NCBI GenBank assembly: GCA_025453395.1
Contig: JALOQK010000006.1
Location: forward strand, 22,539-86,538
DNA length: 64,000 nucleotides
Reading direction: 5' to 3'
Source: Candidatus Omnitrophota bacterium
Lineage (GTDB): Bacteria > Omnitrophota > Gorgyraeia > Gygaellales > Profunditerraquicolaceae
Shown here: positions 29,544 through 39,343 of the stretch, piece by piece
Layout: each line of letters starts with the position of its first letter
Numbering within the stretch: position 1 is the stretch's first letter
The notes under the pieces: model-generated
The model's input: the letters and a program-made list of their open reading frames with translations, nothing else
Told to the model about the DNA's origin: nothing
Database searches by the model: none
Position numbers and translations under genes: made by a program

Positions 29544-30626
29544 TTAATTTGGACGGGCTCCAGAATAAAAAGGTTTTTCAACTATTACTACCGGAATTTC
29601 TATATTATCCTCTTTTATTAATAATTGATCGCCTATTTTATGATTGCCCCTTATATATCCCATGCCGATACTTACACCTAAGCTTGGAGAAAAAGACCCG
29701 CTTGTTACCGTACCGACTCTTTTACTTTGAGAATATATTCCAAATCCGTGACGCGCGCTGCGACGCGAATCAGACTTGAAATAAATCAATCTTTCTTTAG
29801 GGCCGGATTCTTTTTCTTTTAATAGGGCTTGTTTACCGATAAAATCCTTGGAATAATCTACGAATTTATCAAGGCCTGCTGAAACAGGTGAATACTCTAA
29901 ATTAATATCATGTCCGTAAAGCGGATACCCCATTTCAAGACGCAGGGTATCGCGACAGCCTAACCCCGCAGGTTTAACACGGCTGTCTTCTAAGAGCCTT
30001 GCCCATAAACTAGCCACATGTTCAGAAGGAACATATATTTCATAGCCTAATTCACCAGTATAGCCGGTACGGCTTATTATACACCTTTGAGAACTAAAAT
30101 CAAATTCACCAAAAGTATAGTAACTAAGCATTTCTACCTTAGAGCCAAAAATACCCCTTATCGCCTCAAGAGATCTTGGCCCCTGCAAATCAAGCTTGCC
30201 GGTTATGTTAGATACATTATTGAATGTAAATTCTCCGGTTAAATTATTCTTAAGATTATCTTCATCCGAACGGATGGTCGCAGCATTAACCACGATCATC
30301 CAGGATTTCTCTTTTAGGCGATAAACAATAAGGTCATCAATGATCCCTGCTTTATCATTAAGCATGTGCCCGTAACGGCAAGTACCAGGCGGCATACCGG
30401 TTATATTTTGGGTTACAACCCGATCAAATCCGCTTGAAAACGCATCGGCTTCTAAAATAAACTCACCCATATGACAAATATCAAACACCGATACTTGATT
30501 TCTGGTATGGGCATGCTCTGCTAATATCCCTTCATACTGGATAGGCATCAGCCATCCGCCAAAAGGGGCCATTTTAGCGCCTAAAGCAACATGATATGAA
30601 TAAAGAGGTGTTTTTTGGTTTTCCAT
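29544..30626 (-). CDS. gcvT: Glycine cleavage aminomethyltransferase
   Basis: FGGWLMPIQY, FDICHMG, SRTGYTGELGYE, RDTLRLEMG. Confidence 0.96.
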   Translation of the reverse strand: MENQKTPLYSYHVALGAKMAPFGGWLMPIQYEGILAEHAHTRNQVSVFDICHMGEFILEADAFSSGFDRVVTQNITGMPPGTCRYGHMLNDKAGIIDDLIVYRLKEKSWMIVVNAATIRSDEDNLKNNLTGEFTFNNVSNITGKLDLQGPRSLEAIRGIFGSKVEMLSYYTFGEFDFSSQRCIISRTGYTGELGYEIYVPSEHVASLWARLLEDSRVKPAGLGCRDTLRLEMGYPLYGHDINLEYSPVSAGLDKFVDYSKDFIGKQALLKEKESGPKERLIYFKSDSRRSARHGFGIYSQSKRVGTVTSGSFSPSLGVSIGMGYIRGNHKIGDQLLIKEDNIEIPVVIVEKPFYSGARPN

Positions 30627-30647
30627 GGAAATGATTTTTAGATTGTA

Positions 30648-31358
30648 CTACAAAAGATTACTTTGGGAAAGCAAATTCTTATCACTTAGGATGTTTTGGG
30701 CCGATCCGTCAGCAAGGACTTGCCCTTTGTGAAGGACAATAATGCGATTACACAAATCACGCGCCATATCCAGATCATGGGTAGCGATAATCTTAGTATG
30801 CTTAAAACCCTTGAGTAATTCTATCAAGAGCCTGCGCGAACGCGGGTCAAGGCTGGAACTTGGCTCATCCATAACCAAGATATCCGGAGACATCGCCAAC
30901 ACGACAGCTATTGAAACAGCGCGTTTTTCGCCTTGAGAAAGTTTATAGGGCGGCCTTTTAGAAAGATGCTCTGCCCCTACTTGACCAAGAGACTCCTCTA
31001 CTTTTCTTTCTGCTTCCTCTTTAGTTAAACCTAAATTTAACGGGCCAAAAGCCACATCATCAAAAACTGTGGGCATAAAAAGCTGATCATCGGGATTCTG
31101 GAATATCATGCCTACGGCCTTACGCACATCTTTCAAGTTATCTTTGGTAATCGGATAATCCCCTATTCTTACGGAACCTTTTGTAGGGGTTAAATAGCCG
31201 TTTAAATGCAAGAGAAGCGTGGATTTACCTGCGCCGTTTTCTCCCACAACTGCCACAGACTCTCCATGGGTAATGCGAAAAGATACCCCCTTTAAAACAC
31301 AAGTACCGTCGGGATAAGAATAATGCAAATCAGCCGCTTCTACAATATGATGGCTCAT
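30648..31358 (-). CDS. cbiO: ECF transporter ATPase (CbiO/NikO)
   Basis: GENGAGKST, FQNPDDQLF, LSQGEKR, MDEP. Confidence 0.88.
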   Translation of the reverse strand: MSHHIVEAADLHYSYPDGTCVLKGVSFRITHGESVAVVGENGAGKSTLLLHLNGYLTPTKGSVRIGDYPITKDNLKDVRKAVGMIFQNPDDQLFMPTVFDDVAFGPLNLGLTKEEAERKVEESLGQVGAEHLSKRPPYKLSQGEKRAVSIAVVLAMSPDILVMDEPSSSLDPRSRRLLIELLKGFKHTKIIATHDLDMARDLCNRIIVLHKGQVLADGSAQNILSDKNLLSQSNLL

Positions 31359-32165
31359 CTAACCTTTTATGATAAAATTGCCCAGATATAAAGATAAATC
31401 AAAAGATCTTAAGAAAATAAATAGCGCAAGCCACAAGAATAGAAAAATAAATCCATCAATGCCAAATTTCATACTACGCATAACATGCATATTGCCGTCA
31501 AAACCCCGGCAGCACATGGCCAGGTATATGCGTTCCGCCCTCTGAAATGTGCGCAGCAATAGATTCCCCAAGAACGGCCCGGATATCTCTAGTGACATAA
31601 GATCGCGCTTAAAGGACCTGAAAGATGCCGCCCTTATCATCCCGGATACCTGATCAATCAAAACAAATATATAGCGGTAAAGAAACAACAACTGTTGCAC
31701 AAAAACCCTGGGCAAGCCTAATTTTGCCAAAGCATTACAAATAGCATTAAAACCAGTTAAAGAAATCAGAATAAACGCGGCGCTTGCCGTCAGAATAAAG
31801 CGCATGATTATGGAGAGAAAAGAAACCCATCCCGCGCTGACACCTATCGGACCCAGCTGCATAAAAACTTTTGTATCTACAATCGGGTTAAATATCCCTA
31901 TAAATACAGCGAAAGGCAAAAGCAATAATACCCTATTGAGTAAATACCCGGCAGGCAACCCTCCCAGAGAAATTAAGAACACAGGGTAAATAAAAAACGG
32001 CATTAACTGCCAAAGCGCGTATTTATCAAAAGAAATTACTGTGATAATAAAGGCCAAGGTAGCGATCAACTTCGCTCTAGGGTCAAGACGATGCAAAAAG
32101 CTGTTACCGCAAGATAATTCATCAAGATAATTTATATCTAACGAGCTTTTACCGATATTATTCAC
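31359..32165 (-). CDS. cbiQ: ECF transporter T component (CbiQ/NikQ)
   Basis: LHRLDPRAK, YRYIFVL, RAERIYLAMCCRGF; GTG start at 32165 overlapping upstream stop. Confidence 0.88.
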   Translation of the reverse strand: MNNIGKSSLDINYLDELSCGNSFLHRLDPRAKLIATLAFIITVISFDKYALWQLMPFFIYPVFLISLGGLPAGYLLNRVLLLLPFAVFIGIFNPIVDTKVFMQLGPIGVSAGWVSFLSIIMRFILTASAAFILISLTGFNAICNALAKLGLPRVFVQQLLFLYRYIFVLIDQVSGMIRAASFRSFKRDLMSLEISGPFLGNLLLRTFQRAERIYLAMCCRGFDGNMHVMRSMKFGIDGFIFLFLWLALFIFLRSFDLSLYLGNFIIKG

Positions 32166-33171
32166 TTGTAACCTTGCGCCTACGTAAAACCAGCCCCGCA
32201 ATTACCGCGACAGACAAAACTAACGTTCCTCCCACCAACCCTGAAACAGATGTGCCTAAGCTTACCGCGGGGTATGAGGAAGATCCTTGGTGATTCTTAA
32301 AACCATAATCCGGCAAGACCGCGATTTTTTCCTGAATACTGGCTAAAGATGAGCCGATGCCCTCGCTTACCTCTAATTCTTCCTTACCGGAAGCCTTAAA
32401 CATTGCCCACTCCAAACCGTCGGGATTGCTGGAAGCAAACCAACTTAGTATAGCGGCGGTTACCAAACTAACCGCCAATAAACCTAAAAGCACTTTTCGC
32501 ATATCCACTTTTCCAATAGGGCGATTATTCACCGTGGCGTTAATGATTTCCGGACGCGCCTTCCAGACAAAAGCAACTACCGAAGCGGTAACCAAACCCT
32601 CTACTATTCCAATCGCCAAATGTATCGGCTGCATCAAAAGCACAAAACTTTTAAAAGGCAATTCTGATATCCCGGAAAATACTGTCTCCAGAACTACACC
32701 GAACGCCCCCAGCTGTAAACCAATAATCGCCGACAAAATAGAACCAACGATAATTTTGCCGCGCGTGAGATTATCACCAACTATTTTCTTGTAAATCATA
32801 GGATAAGCAATGAAGCTTGTGAAAAACCCCAGATTAAAGATATTGCACCCTAAGGCAAGAAGCCCACCGTCGGCAAATAAAAACGCCTGAACCGTTAATA
32901 TAGAAGCCATAACTAAAAATGCAGCGTATGGCCCTAAAAGAATACTTAGGATCATGCCTCCACCCAAATGCCCGCTAGAACCAGTAGCAGGAATGCTAAA
33001 ATTGATCATCTGAGCGGCAAAAATAAACGCGCCCAACACCCCCATTAAAGGGACTTTACGCTGATCTGACTCGTTTTTGACCTTCTTTGCGCTGTAAGCG
33101 ATAAGACTTGCGCTTGCCGCCCACATCACGCCACCTACTACCGGAGATAACAACGCATCTGCCATATGCAT
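32158..33171 (-). CDS. ECF Ni/Co substrate component, fused NikMN/CbiM-PDGLE
   Basis: N-terminal MHMAD metal-binding motif, GSSGHLGG, ASSNPDGLE, PDY. Confidence 0.9.
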   Translation of the reverse strand: MHMADALLSPVVGGVMWAASASLIAYSAKKVKNESDQRKVPLMGVLGAFIFAAQMINFSIPATGSSGHLGGGMILSILLGPYAAFLVMASILTVQAFLFADGGLLALGCNIFNLGFFTSFIAYPMIYKKIVGDNLTRGKIIVGSILSAIIGLQLGAFGVVLETVFSGISELPFKSFVLLMQPIHLAIGIVEGLVTASVVAFVWKARPEIINATVNNRPIGKVDMRKVLLGLLAVSLVTAAILSWFASSNPDGLEWAMFKASGKEELEVSEGIGSSLASIQEKIAVLPDYGFKNHQGSSSYPAVSLGTSVSGLVGGTLVLSVAVIAGLVLRRRKVTSE

Positions 33172-33189
33172 AATTTATGCCTTTCTTTA

Positions 33190-34542
33190 TTAGAAGTCTA
33201 CTTGTGCCCTAACTCCGCCAATAAATATACCCGCTGTATCACCAGACACATCTTTTCCAAAAGGATTCCAGATATACTGCAAATCCGGGCTTACTGATAA
33301 ATACTTATTCAAGAAGATTTTATAGTAAGTCTCAAAATGCCCCTCGGGTTTAGCCAAATAATTATTTCTCTTCTTATATTTTACAGACGGGAATATTTGC
33401 CCCACAGCAATTCCCAAAACATCATTATCCCTTCCCCAGGGTTTACCTTCAAGTTGAAGCCCTGCGCTCCAGGATTGCCCAAGAGAATAATTTATATTCC
33501 CTGTTGCAAGCGTATCCGGGTTATATACCTTTGGATACTGCCAGCCATAACGAGTAAAAACTGTAGCCATATCATTTAATCTTTGATCAAAACTCAAACC
33601 CGCTCCGTAAGAATTCTCTTTTGTCTTGTCCGTATCTGTCCACTTAGTGTGGTACGCATTATTATTCCAGGCATAAAAACGATAATTACCGTCTAGATTG
33701 AAAAGCTTTGGCTTAAAATTGATTTCTCCCATATTAAATAAATTATCGCCTAACTTTTCCCAATCACTATTTGCGTCAAGAACCTCATAACCCAACTCCA
33801 CCCAATCTTTGGGCATATAAGCAACACGGATAGCCGCTGAATTACCAGGAAATTCTACAACTGGATTATTTACAAACATACCACTTAAGAATTGTGCTGT
33901 CTCATCATTAGCTGCCTGGTTATTATCAAAATATGCCGTAGGATCTAATTTCCCAACTGTTAAGGCAAGCTTACCATTTAAAAGCATCTGCTCATACCAG
34001 GCTTCAGTTAAATGCGCGTCCTCATTGTTATCTGGATCATTGTTTACATTGGAATATAATGTTAAGTCATCGTTCAGGCCATCACCTTTACCCGCCTCAA
34101 GATGCACAAAGGCCCTGGAATTAGCGTCCTGGAATTCCTTGATCAAAATTATATCTGTTGAATACGAAGCATCTGTGCGGTCAGACTTCTTCTCTACGCC
34201 CGAAGTAGCGTTATTCACGTTGCTGGTTCCTTGAGCGATCGCGGTAATGCCAACGCTTATATCCAAACCTTTGGCAAGCTCTACCGGAGAGATTTCTTTG
34301 CGGGTTATTTTCTCATCAAGCTGTGATAATCTTAACTCATAATCGCTTATTTTAGCCTGCTGGGCAGATGATTCATTCTTCTGACTTGCGATATATGCAT
34401 CCTGCTGGGAGAGTTTTTGCTCTAAAATTTCAATGCGTTTCTGCAATTGCCTAACCACATCTTCAATTGGTGTTTGATCTGCAAAAATTTGTGAAACGGA
34501 TAAAAATAAGAAACATAACCCCAAGCACATCCTTAGTAACAT
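33190..34542 (-). CDS. OprB-like outer-membrane porin with N-terminal coiled coil
   Basis: Signal peptide, coiled coil aa ~25-80, EAWYEQ, GKLDPTAYFDNN..ANDET.QF, ETYY, PDLQYI, terminal F. Confidence 0.8.
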   Translation of the reverse strand: MLLRMCLGLCFLFLSVSQIFADQTPIEDVVRQLQKRIEILEQKLSQQDAYIASQKNESSAQQAKISDYELRLSQLDEKITRKEISPVELAKGLDISVGITAIAQGTSNVNNATSGVEKKSDRTDASYSTDIILIKEFQDANSRAFVHLEAGKGDGLNDDLTLYSNVNNDPDNNEDAHLTEAWYEQMLLNGKLALTVGKLDPTAYFDNNQAANDETAQFLSGMFVNNPVVEFPGNSAAIRVAYMPKDWVELGYEVLDANSDWEKLGDNLFNMGEINFKPKLFNLDGNYRFYAWNNNAYHTKWTDTDKTKENSYGAGLSFDQRLNDMATVFTRYGWQYPKVYNPDTLATGNINYSLGQSWSAGLQLEGKPWGRDNDVLGIAVGQIFPSVKYKKRNNYLAKPEGHFETYYKIFLNKYLSVSPDLQYIWNPFGKDVSGDTAGIFIGGVRAQVDF

Positions 34543-34574
34543 AAAACTCCTCCTTTTTATTATATATGTTATTC

Positions 34575-34988
34575 CTATATGCCTTTTCCGGTAGTAGACA
34601 TACTTAAAGAGGCGTGCCGTACCCCTTTTACAGACTTTAAAACATCAGCTAATTCTTGGGCCTTAGAAGAAGCGCCTTTGACAATGATCACTTCAAGACA
34701 ATTATGATGATCCAAATGCACATGTTGGGTAGAAATAATAAAATCTCCGAAATCATGTTGTATATCCATAAGCTTATTTACAAGCTGCCTTTCATGGTGG
34801 TCATAGATAATAGTAACTGCACCGGCTACTTCTTTTCCTTCCTGCCATTGTTTCTTTACTAAATCTTCCCTGATAAGATCCCGAATAGCTTCGGAACGAT
34901 TGGTATATTTCTTGTTCTTGATGTGACGGTCAAATTTCTCAAGCAGGTTATCTTCCAGAGAAATGCCGAATCTGACTAAACCGGACAT
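34575..34988 (-). CDS. nikR: Nickel-responsive regulator
   Basis: RFGISL, NRSEAIRDLIR, YDHH, HVHLDHHNCLE. Confidence 0.96.
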   Translation of the reverse strand: MSGLVRFGISLEDNLLEKFDRHIKNKKYTNRSEAIRDLIREDLVKKQWQEGKEVAGAVTIIYDHHERQLVNKLMDIQHDFGDFIISTQHVHLDHHNCLEVIIVKGASSKAQELADVLKSVKGVRHASLSMSTTGKGI

Positions 34989-35009
34989 ATGGCAGGCCTT
35001 TCTTATCTA

Positions 35010-35036
35010 GTGTTACTTTTTTATAGATTGTAACAC
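35010..35036. promoter_or_regulatory. Putative NikR operator
   Basis: Perfect IR GTGTTAC-N13-GTAACAC 22 bp upstream of nikR, overlapping the -10. Confidence 0.8.
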
Positions 35037-35054
35037 CAGTATTAAGATTGTCAA
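35027..35054 (-). promoter_or_regulatory. sigma70 promoter of nikR-porin-ECF operon
   Basis: TTGACA-N16-TACAAT with TGn extension. Confidence 0.75.
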
Positions 35055-35066
35055 GGCCTTTAAATT

Positions 35067-37037
35067 TTATTCGTAACGCAGCGCTTCGATAGGATTAAGC
35101 TGTGACGCCTGGCGTGCTGGCCATAGGCCAAAAACTATGCCTACAGCAAGAGAAAAAACCGTGGAGAGAATAATTGAAAATAAAGATACTTTTACTGCCC
35201 ATCCGGCAAACATTGTTATCAACACAGAAATACCGCTTCCCAATAATACCCCTGCCAAGCCCCCAATAAAAGACATCAAAACCGCCTCGATCAAAAACTG
35301 GGTCATAATATCTTTATTATTAGCTCCAATAGCCTTACGCAGCCCTATCTCCCGAGTGCGCTCGGTCACTGAAACAAGCATTATATTCATTATGCCAATG
35401 CCTCCCACCAAAAGCGAGATTGCAGCAATTGAACCTAAAAGTAGCGACATAGTTTGTGTAGTAGCAGTCAAGGCATTCTTAATATCAGCCATATTCCTAA
35501 TTTGAAATGAATCTTCCTGGGTTTTAGTTATTAAGCGATGCTGTTTTATGATAAGCTTGCTTATGGCTTCTTGCGCCTGATCAATAAGATTAGCGTCTTT
35601 TGCCTGAACATATATAGAATCAACATACTCTTTTCCCATGACCCTGTACATTGCGGTAGTTATAGGAATAATCACCGTGTCATCCTGATCGCGCGGGCCG
35701 CTTGAGCCCTTGACCGGAAGTATGCCGATTACCTTGAAATTTATCAGGTTTATTTTTATTGTTTCGCCTATCGGGTTAGTCTCGCCAAAAAGTTCCCTTA
35801 CTACAGTTGCTCCCAGCAAGACAACTTTACTTCGGGAACGGACTTCCTCCGGGTTAAAAAACCTTCCAATTTCCGGCACAGCAGCGCGCAATTGCGCGTA
35901 ATCCACATCCACGCCCTCAACCTGCGTATTCCAATTCTGATTCGTATAGACTATTTGCGCCCGGGATGTTACCGAGGGGCTGGCGCTTTTAACATAATCG
36001 GTTAAACCCTTAATATCCTTTACATCTTCAAGCGTAAAACGCGTCACTGTCCCGGATTCTAATGAGACTCCCATCATCCTTTGCGCTGCTGGCCTGATCA
36101 TAAGAAGATTAGACCCTAAAGACGATAACTGTTTTTCTATGGATTCTTTAGCGCCTTGGCCCACGGCAAGCATGGCGATAACCGCGGCTACCCCGATAAG
36201 AATGCCTAAGATAGACAAGAACGCGCGCATCTTATGCGAAAGCATAGCAAAAATTGCCTGGCGCAGATAATCCAAAAACTCCATGCCCTTTACAGAAGAA
36301 ACCTTATGTTCTAAAAGGGCTTCTTTAACCAGCCCGCTTGAATACCCTATGGCTTTATTGGATTGATTAGAAATATTTTTATCGGAAATGACCTTTCCAT
36401 CACGCATAGTAATAATGCGCTTGGCACAGGAAGCTACTTCATTCTCGTGAGTAACAATAACAACGGTTTTACCTTTCTGGTTTAAATTCTTTAAAATATC
36501 CAGGATTTCGGCTTTACTTTTAGAATCAAGATTTCCTGTTGGTTCATCCGCTAATATTATCAACGGTTGATTGACCAATGCCCTTGCTATAGCTACTCGC
36601 TGCTGCTGGCCTCCGGAAAGCTCATTTGGCTTATGGAACATCCTTTCTTTTAAGCCAACGGCCTCAATCTCCTTTTGCGCCAGTTCTTTTATGTGCCTTT
36701 TCCCGCAATACACTAACGGCAATTCTGCGTTCTCCAAAGCGCTCATGCGCGCCAAAAGATGAAACTGCTGAAAAATAAAACCCACCAGCTTATTCCTGAT
36801 CTTAGCCTGCCTTTCTTGCGGCAAGCCGCTTAATTCCTGGCCCTCTAAAAGATAAGAGCCTGAATCCGGGCTGTCTAAAAGCCCCAGAATATGCATAAGG
36901 GTAGATTTTCCCGAACCCGAAGCGCCCATAATCGCCACGAATTCCCCCTCGGCAATCTCAAGAGAGACGCCGTCCAGGGCTTTTACCTTTATCTTGCCCA
37001 TCTGATAAGTTTTATAAATATTCTTTAATTCTATCAT
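35067..37037 (-). CDS. macB: MacB-type ABC ATPase-permease fusion
   Basis: GASGSGKST, LSGGQQQR, ADEPTGNLD, GGIGIMNIMLVSVTERTREIG, PIEALRYE. Confidence 0.9.
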   Translation of the reverse strand: MIELKNIYKTYQMGKIKVKALDGVSLEIAEGEFVAIMGASGSGKSTLMHILGLLDSPDSGSYLLEGQELSGLPQERQAKIRNKLVGFIFQQFHLLARMSALENAELPLVYCGKRHIKELAQKEIEAVGLKERMFHKPNELSGGQQQRVAIARALVNQPLIILADEPTGNLDSKSKAEILDILKNLNQKGKTVVIVTHENEVASCAKRIITMRDGKVISDKNISNQSNKAIGYSSGLVKEALLEHKVSSVKGMEFLDYLRQAIFAMLSHKMRAFLSILGILIGVAAVIAMLAVGQGAKESIEKQLSSLGSNLLMIRPAAQRMMGVSLESGTVTRFTLEDVKDIKGLTDYVKSASPSVTSRAQIVYTNQNWNTQVEGVDVDYAQLRAAVPEIGRFFNPEEVRSRSKVVLLGATVVRELFGETNPIGETIKINLINFKVIGILPVKGSSGPRDQDDTVIIPITTAMYRVMGKEYVDSIYVQAKDANLIDQAQEAISKLIIKQHRLITKTQEDSFQIRNMADIKNALTATTQTMSLLLGSIAAISLLVGGIGIMNIMLVSVTERTREIGLRKAIGANNKDIMTQFLIEAVLMSFIGGLAGVLLGSGISVLITMFAGWAVKVSLFSIILSTVFSLAVGIVFGLWPARQASQLNPIEALRYE

Positions 37038-38011
37038 TTCGCGCTTTGAGTAGCCCTGTTCTGCCTATTTCGAAACGGCATAAAAGGATTGGTCCCTGAA
37101 TTATCTTTGGGAAGGGAATATTTCACAGATTGAACCAAAACCGTGTCTGCGGCGGATATTCCGGAAACAACTTCATAGTTCTTATCATCTGATAAGCCCA
37201 GTTTGATTTCCCTTTTCTCCGGCTGGGAATCGGCGGTTTTAACAAAAACATAGGCTTTATCGCCTTTCTTAAACACCGCGTCCTGCTCAATAATCAAGGC
37301 ATTATCTTTTTGCGCGATAATAAAATCAATAGAAGCGTTCATTCCGGAACGAAAAGAATCAGGGATATTTTCAGGCACCAAATCAACCTTATAGATTGTA
37401 ACGTTGTTTTCTGTGGTGGATTCATAATATATGTGGTTAACAAAAGCCTTCACCTTGATATCCGGATAGGCGTCCAATGTGATGACTGCCTTCTGCCCCA
37501 ATTTAAGCTTACCGATGTCGGTTTCATCGGCTTGCGCGCGCACGATCAACTGGTCGGATAAAACCACAACCGCGTCACTTGTAGTCACAGTCTGCCCGGG
37601 CTGGGTGGTCTGCACGATTACTTCCCCGTCAATAGGCGAGACAAGCGGGATTGCCTTATAAACTTCCTGCCAATATTTTAATTTTTCTTCGCCCTGCCCG
37701 CGCGCCACATCCAAAAGCGCGGCCCTCTCGGTTGAGCTCATCCAGCCCAAGGTTTGCCCTGTCTTTACCTGCTCTCCCTCCTTAACTAAAATCTGCTCTA
37801 CCCTGCCGTTTACCGGAGGTTTTACTTCTAACCTGTTTCTGGGAAGCACTGTGCCTGTAGTAGACACAGTATTCTGGATATCCCCGATAAAAGGCCGGAT
37901 TTCTTTGCCCGCTTCCTGCTGTTTATCGCCGCGGCTTACCTTAAATAGATATACCGCAAGTACTGCCGCCAGAATAAGAATACCGGATATTAATTTTGTT
38001 TTATTGCGCAT
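37034..38011 (-). CDS. MacA-like periplasmic adaptor
   Basis: N-terminal TM, lipoyl-like halves (VKEGEQVKTGQ, SPIDGEV), GMNA; very short hairpin; adjacent to macB. Confidence 0.85.
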   Translation of the reverse strand: MRNKTKLISGILILAAVLAVYLFKVSRGDKQQEAGKEIRPFIGDIQNTVSTTGTVLPRNRLEVKPPVNGRVEQILVKEGEQVKTGQTLGWMSSTERAALLDVARGQGEEKLKYWQEVYKAIPLVSPIDGEVIVQTTQPGQTVTTSDAVVVLSDQLIVRAQADETDIGKLKLGQKAVITLDAYPDIKVKAFVNHIYYESTTENNVTIYKVDLVPENIPDSFRSGMNASIDFIIAQKDNALIIEQDAVFKKGDKAYVFVKTADSQPEKREIKLGLSDDKNYEVVSGISAADTVLVQSVKYSLPKDNSGTNPFMPFRNRQNRATQSAK

Positions 38012-39287
38012 ATTCTAATGTTTCTCCTTTCGCGTTTACCCAACTGGCCTGACTGGATAAAGCATCTGCCTGCGCCTGTAAATAAGATTTCTTGGCGCTT
38101 ACCAAATCATTCTGGATAATGATCCAATCGTTAAAACCAATAAAACCTGTGGAATATTGCGCCTCGGCGATTTTTGAACGCTCTAAAGAAGCGTTTAACA
38201 ATTTCAGCTTAACATTTACCGTATCCAAAGCATCCAATAAATTAACCCATGCCTGTTGCAAATTCACAAAAGCCTGGTCGCTAACGCTTCTTTGATTTGC
38301 CTGCGCCTGGTTGTATAATGCCTTAGCTTGAGCAACTTGCGCAGACCTTAGGCCACCTTCAAAAATAGGCAAATCTATTCCCAGGCCCAACTCCCAGACC
38401 TTATCCTTTGCCGGTAGATGCTCGCCTGAACGATTAGCGCCCGCGGTTGCGGAAACCTGCGGATAAAATTGCGAATAAGTAGACCTTAAATTAAACGATG
38501 CCGCGTTTACCTGGCTTTGCGCCTCTAACACCGAAGGATGTTTTTTAAGGATGCCCTGAAAATCAGGCGGCGTATCGGTATTTTCTGTAACAGAAAAATC
38601 CCCTGTTACTTTAAACGGTTTAAATTCAGCTCTGCCCATCTGCCGGCTTAGATTTATTTGCGCGAATTGCATATCCCTTTTAGCGCTTGCTAAATCCGCC
38701 TGCGCCTGCATAAGGTTAGCCTCGGCAGTCAATAACGCGCCCCTATGTTCCAAGCCAGAATAATAACGCAAGGTAATTAATTCCAGGTTATCCCTTCTTA
38801 TCTTCAGGATTTCTTCTATTACCGTGACTAATTCTTGCGCTTTTAATAAGCCCACAAAGCCGCTACGTAAACCTAGCCTGACGCTTGAAGAAGCAAAACG
38901 GTAATTTTCCCTGGCAGATTTAATATTTTCCGCGGCTTCCTTCAGGTTATCAACAGTTTTAAAACCATCAAAAACTAACTGCGTGGCGCTTAAGCCGTAG
39001 GAATATGAATCTTTGGTGGCTTTAGTAGTTAAACCAGAGCTATTTGTAGTCTTAGTCCTTGCGGTAGAAGCATTAAAGCTTGCGTCAACTTGGGGATAAA
39101 GTCCGCTTGCGGAGATGCCCTTAGCAGCTTCTTTCTGATTCACGCCTTCAAAAGCGTAAATTAATTCCGGGTTATTCTTTTTGGCCTCGCGGATACAATC
39201 CTGCCAGCTAAGCGAATCTTGGGCAAAAAGACTGGGAATAAAAATACTAAACAATATAATCAAACAAAAATATATTCTTAAGCTCAT
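38001..39287 (-). CDS. TolC family outer-membrane efflux protein
   Basis: Signal peptide, NNPEL, LYPQV/FYPQV repeats, LVFDGF, PIFEGG. Confidence 0.88.
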   Translation of the reverse strand: MSLRIYFCLIILFSIFIPSLFAQDSLSWQDCIREAKKNNPELIYAFEGVNQKEAAKGISASGLYPQVDASFNASTARTKTTNSSGLTTKATKDSYSYGLSATQLVFDGFKTVDNLKEAAENIKSARENYRFASSSVRLGLRSGFVGLLKAQELVTVIEEILKIRRDNLELITLRYYSGLEHRGALLTAEANLMQAQADLASAKRDMQFAQINLSRQMGRAEFKPFKVTGDFSVTENTDTPPDFQGILKKHPSVLEAQSQVNAASFNLRSTYSQFYPQVSATAGANRSGEHLPAKDKVWELGLGIDLPIFEGGLRSAQVAQAKALYNQAQANQRSVSDQAFVNLQQAWVNLLDALDTVNVKLKLLNASLERSKIAEAQYSTGFIGFNDWIIIQNDLVSAKKSYLQAQADALSSQASWVNAKGETLEYAQ

Positions 39288-39343
39288 GGCTTCATTCTTT
39301 AAGATTAACCGCGCTTGTTGAATAAAGTTATATGCGCCTTCCT

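Noticed and set aside
30627-30647. Glycine riboswitch before gcvT
   Set aside because: Only 21 bp separate cbiO and gcvT
34989-35066. Cobalamin or NiCo riboswitch before the ECF operon
   Set aside because: The 78-bp gap is explained by the promoter and NikR palindrome; too short for either aptamer
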